Positions 52,704 to 64,000 of a stretch of 64,000 nucleotides of DNA are shown here, piece after piece. The position numbers were made by a program, and so were the translations under genes. The notes beneath the pieces were generated by a model that did not search any database, had not been told where the DNA came from, and worked only from the letters and a program-made list of their open reading frames with translations. The stretch is from Felis catus (taxonomy: Eukaryota). How positions within the stretch are numbered: the first letter of the stretch is position 1; every line of letters starts with the position of its first letter. Where the stretch lies: the NCBI RefSeq assembly GCF_018350175.1, contig NC_058368.1, forward strand, positions 190,962,001-191,026,000. The letters are read 5' to 3'.

Positions 52704-55144
52704 CTGAAATAGACAAGGCAAGAGAGACGCACTCACGTTAAACTGCTGAGAGGAAGAAAAAAAAAAAAAAAAAAGAAAAAAAATCAACTGATGAAGAGAT
52801 ATGGCTGGCTGCCGTCTGTACGTTTCCATCCTCCTGACAACTCCAAAAGTCAGTTTCCCCTGGACAAAAGTATCTCCTCTGGACACTGTGTTAGTCCCCT
52901 CATTTTACACAGTCATCTCGCATGATGTATATACCGAGACATCCACAGGTGCACATACCCTGGGAGGAAGAGACCCTTAGGAAGCCATTTTCCAAATGAT
53001 TCTTAGAATTCCAACCTCTTTGTGAGGGAGATGCTCAACCGCCTACCAAAGTCCTGAGGGCAAAATTTAGAATTTGTCTGAGAAAATAAATGAACCCCAA
53101 CAGTTCATCGCGGTGGTATAATAAATGCTATTCAACTAATTTATTTGGTGTGTGTGGGGGGGTGCTAAATGATCTCAAATGCAGTCATTCTGTACTGTCA
53201 AAAAGTCGGGGAAAAGTAACAATTTTTATCTTCTCCCTATTTCAGAGTTCAAAGTGATGCTGATGGGCATAGATTAAGCCCCACCGGACTCAGAAATCTT
53301 CAAATGGTAGCTGGTGCTTAAATGCCTCCCTGAACAGTAACCTCATTACATGATGAATTAGTCCTTAGGAGTTACAGGATTCCAATTGTGATCAATCAAT
53401 TCACTTATTTAATAAACATTAAAGAGGCTCAAAGTCAAGGAAGGTGTGAAAATGCCTTCCAGGAGCTTGCAGGTTAATGGGAGGAAAGAACTCATTAAGT
53501 AGTGATTACAGCACAGTGAGATAAGTTAGAAAAATATTTGTCAAAGTTAAGTAATATATTAATCCTCCTTAAAGTAAGGAAGCTTTCCTTAAACCCTGCT
53601 GTTGACACGAAAGATCTTTCTCCTACCACTACTGCTTAAGTATCAACACAAATCTAAGTAAACTTATTTCAATAAAATTCTGAAACCAAAACTGAATTTA
53701 AAATTAAATACGAACAAATCAACCAATGTGTGTCAATCAAAATAGACAATAACTGACTTCTACAAAGGTTGATGATTTCCTAAAACTAAGTGACATAATG
53801 TGGTACCAAGGACTTTAGCACAGCATCTTCTCAGTCTATCATCCCTATTCTGCCATGAGCCATGCGACAAAATGCCCCCTACTGTTTTTCTCTATTCAAA
53901 TACTTGCACAACCTTTCTTTTGGGATTTTTTACTTCATTTGCCCTTCACGTAAGCATACTCCATTCCCTAAGAATAAAGCTTGCCTCTTTTTATTTTCAT
54001 CTTGGTCAAGATCAATGAAATGTGTTGTGTGCAGTACTAAAGTGACCATGGTGACAAACAAAACGTGGGCTCTGAAATCACATCATTGGTTATTAATTTA
54101 TCTTCCAGATGGGCTGGAATATGATTACTTTATAGTTTTTAGATAATCATTAAAATGTACACATAAAATCTAAAAATCCCCTTGAGAACTCAAGTCCTTT
54201 AAACATCACTGGTATTCTGAAAAGCCTAGTGAATTCTTATTTATGATCAACGGAAATGCTCAATGAAGTCCTACATGGCATCTGTCTTGTTTTGGACACT
54301 ATCCTAGCACCAAAATCAGGTCCTAATATAAATATTTATTTAAATATATGTGTATGGAATGAATGAGTGAAAAAACAAATACATAAATGACAAATGAATG
54401 ATTTCCCATCTAATATGAAATCCTCTGCCATCTGGGAGTGTATAGAAGCTTAAGTCCAACACCACAGGAAAATTAATTTTTAGTATCCCTGCACATTTTC
54501 AATAAGCTTCCAAAGCGCTGGGTTCCCAACCAAGCAGTGAAATTTACGCTACAAGAGGATCTCCATTTCATAACTCAGCTCCTTATAATTCTATAGATCA
54601 GGGCTGTATTGTAACAACATAGAAATGCAACAAAGTCATTTCTCGCTAACTTTTTTACACACCAAGATTCCTTAGAAGGAGAAAGAATGTTTTATAAGTT
54701 TGAAGGAAATTACGCCTTTATTTCCTATTAAAACATATTCTATAAATTAAAGAAATGATCACATAATTGTAAAATTGTATCTGCAAGGTCCTTTAACTCC
54801 AATGAACTAATTTTATGAATGAGCTGATTCAAGCCTAGAGTTGACCAACTTGTGCAGGAATACAGGGCTTATAGCAGGGCAAGGACAAGAATAACTGTAC
54901 TGGACTCTAGTAGGTATGATGAACAATGAGAAATAAGAGTACAGAAGCTAGATATATTGCCACCACACCAGCTGCTTTTTCTTTGACATTTGCCACAACC
55001 AATGTGGGAATTACGTAATTTAGCTATAAAGTGGAAACATGTTCAATAAATATTTAGAAGACTCTAGAGATACGGATATCACACTTGTGACTTTTTTTTT
55101 CATACAAAGATTGTTATACCTTGACGAAATGCAGTGACTGTCTC

Positions 55145-55490
55145 TATTAGGGTTTCTCAATCCTGGATACATATCAGATAGCTATGGAGGCTTTAAAAAC
55201 TCCTATTAAATAATAGGTGTCTATTAAATAATAATCACAAAGGTAGGACTCAGGCATCAGCATTTTTAAAGTGTCCCATGTAATTTGGTATAGACAAGGT
55301 TGCATACCACTTGTCCAGAATAATCCTCCCTCAGCCTTGACTATGCATCAGGCTCAAAAACAAACTTTTAACAAATACAAGTTCTGAGCTCTATGATGGA
55401 GTTATAATTGATAAAAAAAAAATAAAATAAAATTAATTAATTAAAAAAACTCCCTAGGCTGTTCCAAGCATTTGGGACTACTTCTCTAAA
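55145..55490. mobile_element. Degenerate MER5-type MITE fragments
   Basis: gggtttctcaatcctgg...caggcatcagcatttttaaagtgtccc...ggttgcataccact. Confidence 0.5.
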
Positions 55491-57599
55491 AACTGGCCTT
55501 CAATATATTTTTTAATAGTATGACCACTGCAAGAGAAAAAGATTGCAACAAATTCTAGAATATGCAACAGCAAAAAAGCAGAGCTTCTCTGAGGGCTTGG
55601 CAGGACTCTTGCGCTCCTAGGGACCACTGATATTGACCACCATATTTACTGACTAGCTGAGGACCTCGAAGCCAGGAAGGAGAAGTAGTTCTCTTTCAAG
55701 TCACACAACAAATTAAAGGCTGAGTGGGGATCAGAATTCGGACCCCTCGTGAACGATGTAGTGGCCTATTCTGTATGTAATGAGGGCTCTTAAATCTCTA
55801 CCACACCAACTGCCTACTTAAATAAGCCACGTAAAACAGAATACTCCAGTTTGCAACTCAGATGGTAAGGGAAGAAGGAAAGAACAGGGAAGGGAGTGAG
55901 CAATTTTGTGTGAATGGTTACAACAGGAAGCGAAGCCAACCAAACATAAGGAAATGCATACATCTGTTACCAATAATCCTGCCGAGAAAGGGAAAATTTA
56001 GATAGGCTGAGTACACTAATTTTTCTAGTCAAAAACTGAAACATGTTGAGATGATAAAAATATAAAAGGAAAGATAGTCTCCAATCTGTGTTTCTTCTTG
56101 ATCCTCCCCAGTAGAAATCCTTCCAGGGAATCAAGTTTCAAGTCCTCTCTTGTCCAGGTTCCTTTCATGACTCTGGGAGGCACCCTAGTAATACATTAAT
56201 AGCACCATACAATTTTTGTCAAATGGGCTAAAGTTAAGATGTTTTAATTACAACTAGTTAAGACTGTGTATTTTTCAAATTCCCTTTATGTTGGGTGGCT
56301 TTGGAGGATTTACATTAAGTTTGGAGGTCCAATTAACAGGAAGGTGAATTGGGGGTTCATATAGTTTGGGTACAGTAATAAGTATTTACGTCATTTGCAG
56401 ACACTTCCTTGTAGAGGGTACATTATTTCTAGTCCTCCTCATGTAGCAATGTCTTCCAGAAATTCTTCTTTCACCCTTGGTGCCAACTCACCGAGTATGG
56501 TGTCATGAAGGTAAAGAACCCAAGTACACCTTGTGATGTAAACGTATCCTGTGATGGCCAGCACCAGAAATATCTGGGTAGTAAAGAGCCAGATGCCAGC
56601 TGGACTTTTTTTTTCAATCATTAGATATGTAAAATTTCAAGTGAGATCCAATTCTCACTGACACTTAGTCAAAACAGAAATTCTCTCTTGACAAGAATAT
56701 ATCCAATTCAGCATATAAAATTATAGGTGCTCCATATAGTTTTTATTTTTTATGGGAATCATGGAAAATAGAATGAACCAGAATTCTTACGTTTGCAGGT
56801 TATGTGCACTGTGTGTTTATATTCTGTTTGTAAAGTTGCATGCTTTACACATCACCATCAGCAGTAATAAAATCTCAGTTCTGTTGAAATTGCCATAGGA
56901 AGCAACGATCTTTCTATTGTCTATACAAGAAAGTGATAGTGCTAAACAGCTGTCATATGAAGAGGCAATCTACGGCTATGCAACCAAAAAGTATGGAAAA
57001 AGTATGTCAGTTAATTATTAACAATATCATTTTTCTGGATTTTATGATAGGTCTTTTAAAAATTAATGATTTCTTTTCTCACCCTAAACATATTCATGTT
57101 TTTAATTTGTTTGTATTTATAATTTTTTTAGTTTATTTTTCCCATTAAAACATCCCCCCAAATTATTTAGGCTTCAGGCCTCACAAAACCTGGATCCTCC
57201 CCTAGCCCCTGCCATAAAGGACCCTAGGCATACGGCAAGCCCTCAGTGGGACACCACTGTGGGACATCACTGCTTAGCTGAACACACTGCAAGGTACTGT
57301 TATTGGTCTTCCATTAGGAGTGACTTTTGGACTTCGCAGTGGATAAGAACCACTCCAGGGTAATTGATTAAATGCACATTCCCAGGTGCATTTATGCCCT
57401 AATTCCGTAGGGCATCTCAGGAACCTGTGTTTATTAACAAGCACCAAATGATTTTGATAGATGTGGCTCAGAGACCATGCTTTAAGAACATGAATTTAGA
57501 TCTAACATAGAGATACATCCCTGGCCCAGTCATTGGCTCACCCATTTTCCTCCCATGTCTATATAGAGTATATATAAATATACATATATAAATATGGCA

Positions 57600-57712
57600 G
57601 AGTAAAAAATATATATATAATATATGTGTATGTATATATGTGTGTGTGTGTGTGTGTATGTGTGTGTGTGTATAGACAGAGAGAGAGGGAGGGAGAGGGA
57701 GAGAGAAAGAGT
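57600..57712. repeat. (TA)n/(TG)n/(GA)n compound microsatellite
   Basis: Seen directly. Confidence 0.9.
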
Positions 57713-60700
57713 CATATTTTTTTACTGTGTCATCCTTCACATTTTCACTGCTTTCCTACACTGGTGCTTCCATTTCCACCATCCTCTTTCAGCAGGATAC
57801 TGAACATTATGCTCTTTACAACCTTTGGTGTCTTGGTTTTTAAACGCGCAGGTATCTTTTCTGCCATGAGAAAGAAATCTCAGCTTACATGCATCTATAT
57901 CTATTGTACTGCACATGTGAATTTTAAAAAGGGGTCCCTCTATCCCAATACCGTCTTCTTGAGAATCATAAGACTAGGACTTTCCATCAGTCTTTGGGAA
58001 CCTCTTTAATTGTTACACAACATATTTTACAGTGATATGTGTAATCTCTCTGAATATATCCTAAATGCTTTTAAGTATGTAAAACTTTTAACTCCAGGAG
58101 CAACTAAACAACAGTATGTTTATGTGTGTATGTAATTATATAAAATATGTGTGTACATGTGCGTACATGCATACACTTATTCAATGAATAAAAATGAAGC
58201 CAAAACAACATAACCAATGCACATCCTCCAGTAACACAAATCTATAAGATCACAAGTAAAAGAAAGTAAATTTACACAATTTGACTCCCTTTCCAAATAC
58301 ACATGTGATTATACTGATGTCAAAAGTAGGCTTAGATCTAAAGCATTATTCTATTCCTTTATGAGCCCATTTTCAGTGTTCATTTGTTTGTAAACAAATC
58401 CAGTTGACTTATAGATCATCTATGCCTTGCACACAAAATGCAAGGGAGTTGTATTTCTCATAGAATGAATATAGTGAAACTTACCGTTGTTTTGCCCTTA
58501 GATAGGAAGGAACTACAGTCAAGGTAATACCATAATATAATAACCAAATATCATCACGGGTTAATTAAGTAGCTGCTAAATATAATAGATGCTGAGTTTC
58601 CAAAAAAGGTCATTTTGGATGCACATATTACTAAAGCATGGTTTTGAAAACTACAGTCTCATGGTCTCACACATTCAAACATTCTTACCTGGGATCACGT
58701 AACACTAGAGAATCAAGGCCTGATCCTAATTTGTCAGCCTTCAGGACAGTATCCTTTCACAAGACCTCTTCTTAGGGTGTATAGCCCTATTTGTTTCCCT
58801 GTTGCCATTGCAGCCATCACCAATAGCTTAGTGACTTTCTGATAGCCATGAAGCTTTTCTGAATGGACTCACAAATGCCCAACACCAGTCATAGGAGTCA
58901 CTGGAGGATTTGTACAAATCCCAAGTTTATGGTGAAGTCATTACAAAGACCTTTAAGCCAGGCCAGACTAGCTGGCCCCTGAACCCTGTAGCTATTGCTC
59001 CCGAGGAAGCTGAATTATGTGTTCAGCTTAAGGTCACCAACACTAAGCTTCAGAGTGATGAGGCCCACTTCTTTGACAAACCTTTGACATCCTAACACAG
59101 AAAGATGATCATACTCAAGTGATCATACATTTCATACATGTTGACTTCCCTTCCTCAATCTAATTGACACCAAATAGCTACTAGCCAATCTCAAACTGCC
59201 CCAGTTCTTAGATTTCATCAGTTGCTATAAGGTGGATGGAAGGTCCTGGGGCAGAACCCCATACAGCTGGCATACTTTGTGAGGCTGAGTACATATTCGA
59301 ATCTAATACTGCTGTAAGTCCTCATTTGTCTGCGCTCAGTGTTTTTATTTCCACAGAGATCTTCTTCAGGAGAAGAACAAATGTTGTCCTTTTCTCTCCC
59401 CAAATAAAAGAGATACCTAGAGAATAGTTAGAGCATCTGCATTATCAATCTGCTACGGAGGAATGCATTATGTTTTGAGAGCTGATTTTAAAATAACTAG
59501 TAAACTTTCTAAAGACACATATAAGGCCACCAAGTTTCCTGATGATTTTTCTTTTGGGCCTGTAAAATTTTAGACTATGATCTGCTCTACTAACAAGGTA
59601 GAGTTGAGAACAAGGAGGTACTGGCATGCATTTCACTCCTGCTTGCCAGACTCTTCTGCCCACTAGGCTTTATAAATATCTTGCTCCATAAGGAAATTTA
59701 TAGGGATGCCAATGAGTGCAAGTCTGTAAAGTTACGCATAAGAGGGAAGAAACATGGCAGAGCACGGACCTGGCCTTCAAAGGGAATTCCCAATCACAAT
59801 CTATTTTTTCAGCAAGAAAAAATATTTTGGCCACTAAGTTCCAAGTACCACAGCAGGTCCTAGAGATACGTAGGTCTTCAAATGAAGGAGGAGGATCGTA
59901 TTTCTGCTTTCTTCAAGCTTGTACTTTCAAGGGAGAGATGGACAATACTCTTGCCAACAGATTAAGCCATTAGATCTAAGTTAGGTGTTAAGAAGGAAAT
60001 GAAGAGGGTTCCTTAGGAGAGGATGGAGAGTGATCCACTCTGATCATGGAAGGCCATTCTGACAAAGGGACAATTAAAAAGGAGAACACATTTTTCAGCA
60101 GAAGACGCAGCAAGCATTCTGGCCATAACAGCCTGTTTAAATTAAGCAGGGTTGGTGGCAAAGCTGGTGTTGAATGAGCTCAGTGGACAGACTAGTTTGC
60201 AGACAGAGACTCTGGCCCACCTGGACACCTTGTAAGTTATGAAAAGGAGTAATGACTTAAAATGGCCTAATGAATAACTACCATCGTATTTAGAAATAAG
60301 ACCAATAAGACAAATCACGGGAGCTAGGGTTTGTTGATAATGATGCTGCATGTTAATATCTCCAGTACATTTACAAGTAAACATGAATCACATCACTGTG
60401 TACGAATCTAACCAGTTTATGTAAATAGCAGGACTGCATTCCCCCACAGCTGCATCACAGTATCTAGGGTTTGTGTGAAATCACAGTCATTTTGGATTAT
60501 CTTGGCATGAAAATAGTTTTCCATTAGCCATGTTAATTTTGAGGTCTCTGATTTCAAACTATCTGCTTTCCAGGGTTGTTTTCCATCAGCCATCCAGATA
60601 GCACATTAGTCTTGGTTTGTTAATATTTGGCACAATTTAGACAATTGTAACAAGCTCATCACTTTCGGTTGTGATTTAACAATCAGCACTTTTCTTATAA

Positions 60701-61289
60701 AAATTCATCTGTAAGAACAAATGCTTGTTTATGTGAAACAGTCTAAGAATGGCATCTTCTGTTTAAACACGTATGTGGATTAATTTAAAAGTTAGGTATT
60801 CCACAGTTTAGTTTTCTAAGAATTGGAATATGTAAGTGTTGAACAATTTTTACTGAAAAAAAAACTAGACGAGTGTATGTATTTAAAAAAAGCTTAAGAG
60901 TACACATTTAAAACCTTTTTTTGTTGTTGTTCACACTTCCAGTTTCCCTCCACAGAAGTGACTATTACTAGTTTTTTTATCTTTATAGAAATGTTGAATA
61001 AATATGCAAGCTTTATTCAATATGTACACACATGTTTAAATTTTCCCTTTTTACACAAAGAATGGCATATTTAAGGCTCTTTATTGTTCTGAATCTAACT
61101 TGGTTAGATTCTGAATCCAACTTAATATAGCCAAGGGATAGTCCCATGAAAATATACATAAATTTGTATTTTTTTAAGTTAAACAGTTTGAAATTATATG
61201 GATACATGATATTTTACCTAGCCAACATGTTAGTTATGAGCATTGAGGTTGTTTCCAATAATTTTCTGTTACCAAGGCTTATTTTAACA

Positions 61290-61442
61290 AATAAGTACTT
61301 ATCAGGGATTCTCATGACATTAGCAGTAAAAAGATGCCCTGTTTCTTGGACCTTCCATTCTAGTGGGGAAAACAATCAACAGATAAACAAACCAAAATGA
61401 AATTTTAAACTTATCCTTGAGAAGGCGGCTTAGGAAGAAAAA

Positions 61443-61518
<76 letters not shown>

Positions 61519-62412
61519 AAAAAAGCAGGAGGAAAGGATAATGAGCGGGAGCCTCTTGTCTCAAGGATGCTCAGGAAAAAACTCTATAGTGGAAAGATTT
61601 GTGACAAAAGCATCAAGTGAGACAGCAAAGCATGAAGACATCTGGGGGAAGCACTCTGGTCAGAGGAAACAGTATAAGCACATGCAAAGGCACTGAGGTG
61701 GGAATTCAATGGGCAAGTTTGAAGGACAGCGTGGCTAGACCAGAGCGAAGAAGAGGGAAAGTGTTTGAGAACCAATTTGGGAGTGCAGGCAGAGGGGTGC
61801 ACACTGGGTCTTATAAGCCACTGTGAAAATCCTAAGGAGGGTACTGATTATGCTGTTAACTATCTGAGAACCGAGGCATCAGAGGAAGAGGGTCCGATCT
61901 TCGCTTCGGGATCTGTAAGGAAGAGAGTACTGCAACAAGAATGCAGATAGAGAAACCGGGCACCTGTGATTACTGCTATTGCTCAGGGGCTGGTGGGGGC
62001 AGTAGCCCAGACTGGAGCAGCGGTGAGAGAGAAGTTGGTGAGGTAAGACTGTATTTCAAGCCTTTTTGGAAAGTAGAGCTAACAGCATTCGCTGCTGCCA
62101 GAGACACAGGGTGAGGGTAAGAAAAGGAGAGGAGCTGGGGAATGCCAAGGGTCTGGTGTGAGCAGCTGGGTGAAGGATGGTACCATTCGTCATGATGGGG
62201 AACACTAGGAGAATAGTGGGCTCGCTGGCAGGTGGTGGATGGAGTGTACAGAGGGGAGAGAGAGAGGTCAAGTTGATTCTGAAATGCATAGAAGAATCCA
62301 TGGGGGAGGAGTCCCAAAGGCACTTTGAAAGGAGTCTGGAATTCAGGGGAAAGACTGGGCTTAGAGATTAAATATTCAAGTCTCCTGTATATGAATGTTA
62401 TTTAAAGCCCCA
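61290..62412 (-). mobile_element. L2 element (reverse orientation) containing a (GAAA)n array
   Basis: cagaggaaacagtataagcacatgcaaaggcactgagg, ggatggtaccattc and ggagtctggaattcagggga...tatttaaagcc are typical of antisense L2. Confidence 0.75.
61441..61521. repeat. (GAAA)n tetranucleotide microsatellite
   Basis: About 18 perfect units, seen directly. Confidence 0.97.
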
Positions 62413-63616
62413 GTAACGTAGCATGCATGTTTCATCTATGTCCAAATGTGCCTCAGAGAAGTCCTGAGAAATTGAATTGCTAGGTCAAGCTGCGTATGTG
62501 TGGGGAGTGGGGGTGGGGGGGAGGGGACAGTGTTTCTTATAGATATTACCAAAGTTCTCTTCCAATGTATAATACGCCTTATACTTACATTCAAAAGGTT
62601 TTTATTTCTGATCAACTGGAAGATATTTCAGTATAACTGCGACCATTACTTCTCACCATCTCTGAGAGTTAGAAGTATGAAGTGCCAGCTGAGGTAGTTT
62701 TAAATGGAAATATATTTTTGAAACACACACACACATATTTGTACTAGGGACCATTAGATACATGAGCTAATACATTCTTGGCAATACCCTGGAAGGTGAA
62801 TATTATTAAAATCATTTCATAAATTAAGATTCTGAGGTACTACGGAGTGAAGGAAAGTCCTCAAGGACAGCTCTAATTAGTATGCTGGTTAGGGTCTGGA
62901 CTCAGAGTGAGGCCCAGTGTTCTTTCCACCACATATGGAATGTGGCAAAGACTTGCCTTTCCCTGAATGTAACATGAGGTGTTTAGAATTACCATCCTTG
63001 TGTACTTAGTGCCGCATGCGCTTAAAATGGCGTAAGCACGGCCACCGCCTGACAAGTCTGTGTTTTCCTTCAGATCCTCCCAAGCTACTGTTCTGGGCAT
63101 TTGGAATACATCAGTGAGCTGAAACACAGATGCCTAATCTCATGGCAGTGGTGAGAGGCAGTGAAGGGGGAGACAGATAACAAATATGAAACCAAAGTAT
63201 ATTACACTTGTGTTACAGGGGACAAGTACTAGGGGTAAAGGACTCTCCCTGATCAAAAGACAGGAAAAGGGGGATCAGAAGTATGGGGGTTGGGGGAATC
63301 AGAGCAGGTTCGATTCTTAAAAGCATGGGAAGGGTTAAACTCATGGAGAAGGTAATATCTTAAGAGACTTGAAGGAATTTGGAGAGTCACTGAAGCTTTG
63401 GCTGTGCATAAAACGTGGACATCATTGTAACGTGGTTCTTGATGCTCCAAAGTGATGACTAAAAGAGAACATGTAAACCGAACACCCTTAAAGAGGAAAG
63501 ATAATTTCAAACACCTGACCACAATTTTAATCGTATCATTTTCACATGTGCACTTCGCATGCATCTACCCATCAGAGCCTCACCTATGGTCAGATTTTGT
63601 TTTTAAAGAATGTGAC

Positions 63617-63790
63617 TTTTTAATGGTTGTGTGAACAGTGAGGGAGGGGCAGAAGAGAGGGAGACAGAGGATCCAAAGCAGGCTCCGCGCTGACAGCATA
63701 GAGGCAGATGCAGGGCCTGAACTCACAAACCACAAGATATAACCTGAGCTGAAGTTGGATGCTTAATCTACTGAGCCACCCAGGCGCCCC
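63617..63790 (-). mobile_element. Can-SINE
   Basis: gagacagaggatccaaagcaggctccgcgctgacagc...ctgagccacccaggcgcccc. Confidence 0.92.
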
Positions 63791-64000
63791 CATGGCCACC
63801 TTTCTTAACAGGAGTGACAGTCCTTTCCAGCAAACCAGCTGTGTCATACAAGACCAATGTTTCTTAAATCCCTGTGATGACTCCAACCAGAATCAGTAAT
63901 GAGGATCCCAGTTGAGCATCTAGAACTCTTCTGTGACTTGGGGATCAAGCCATGTAATAATAATGAACATGACTCAAATACTTAAGACCAGACAATGAGA

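Larger units (their letters stand above)
52704..64000 (-). other. SGCD: SGCD intron upstream of the coding exon (partial)
   Basis: Ends at the acceptor AG 52705-52704, with a pyrimidine tract and a TTTAAC branch-point-like motif (52742-52737). No upstream exon was recognised in the window. Confidence 0.7.

Noticed and set aside
52401..52886. 161-aa ORF as a complete protein
   Set aside because: Only 52703-52515 is SGCD-like and bounded by splice sites. The poly-Phe N-terminus is the pyrimidine tract, and the C-terminal VSKNT... is read-through past the GTAAGT donor.
1..64000. CRISPR array, operon, or intact transposon/retroviral gene system
   Set aside because: This is mammalian intron sequence. 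There is no regularly spaced repeat-spacer array, and all mobile elements are short, truncated or non-autonomous.

Overview
Mammalian genomic DNA, almost certainly from a felid: about 19 carnivore tRNA-derived SINEs, several of the young cat-type SINEC_Fc form, plus carnivore L1 3' ends. The only coding sequence I can support is one 189-bp minus-strand exon (52703->52515) of SGCD (delta-sarcoglycan). It encodes the cytoplasmic N-terminus, the transmembrane helix and the first N-glycosylation sequon. By inference from human SGCD structure, everything else is intron: a very large downstream intron (1-52514) and part of the upstream intron (52704-64000). The introns hold Can-SINEs, L1/L2/MIR fragments, MLT/ERV solo LTRs, hAT MITEs and microsatellites; the other ORFs in the track look spurious. 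I found no convincing novel gene system. The best leads are an unusual double-acceptor architecture just upstream of the exon, a compact MEF2/E-box/TEAD motif cluster, two SINE insertions at the same position in two MER3 copies, a twin-primed inverted L1, and a perfect 15-bp palindrome overlapping p53-like half-sites. Repeat family names come from recalled consensus sequences, not a database search, and old-repeat boundaries are approximate.
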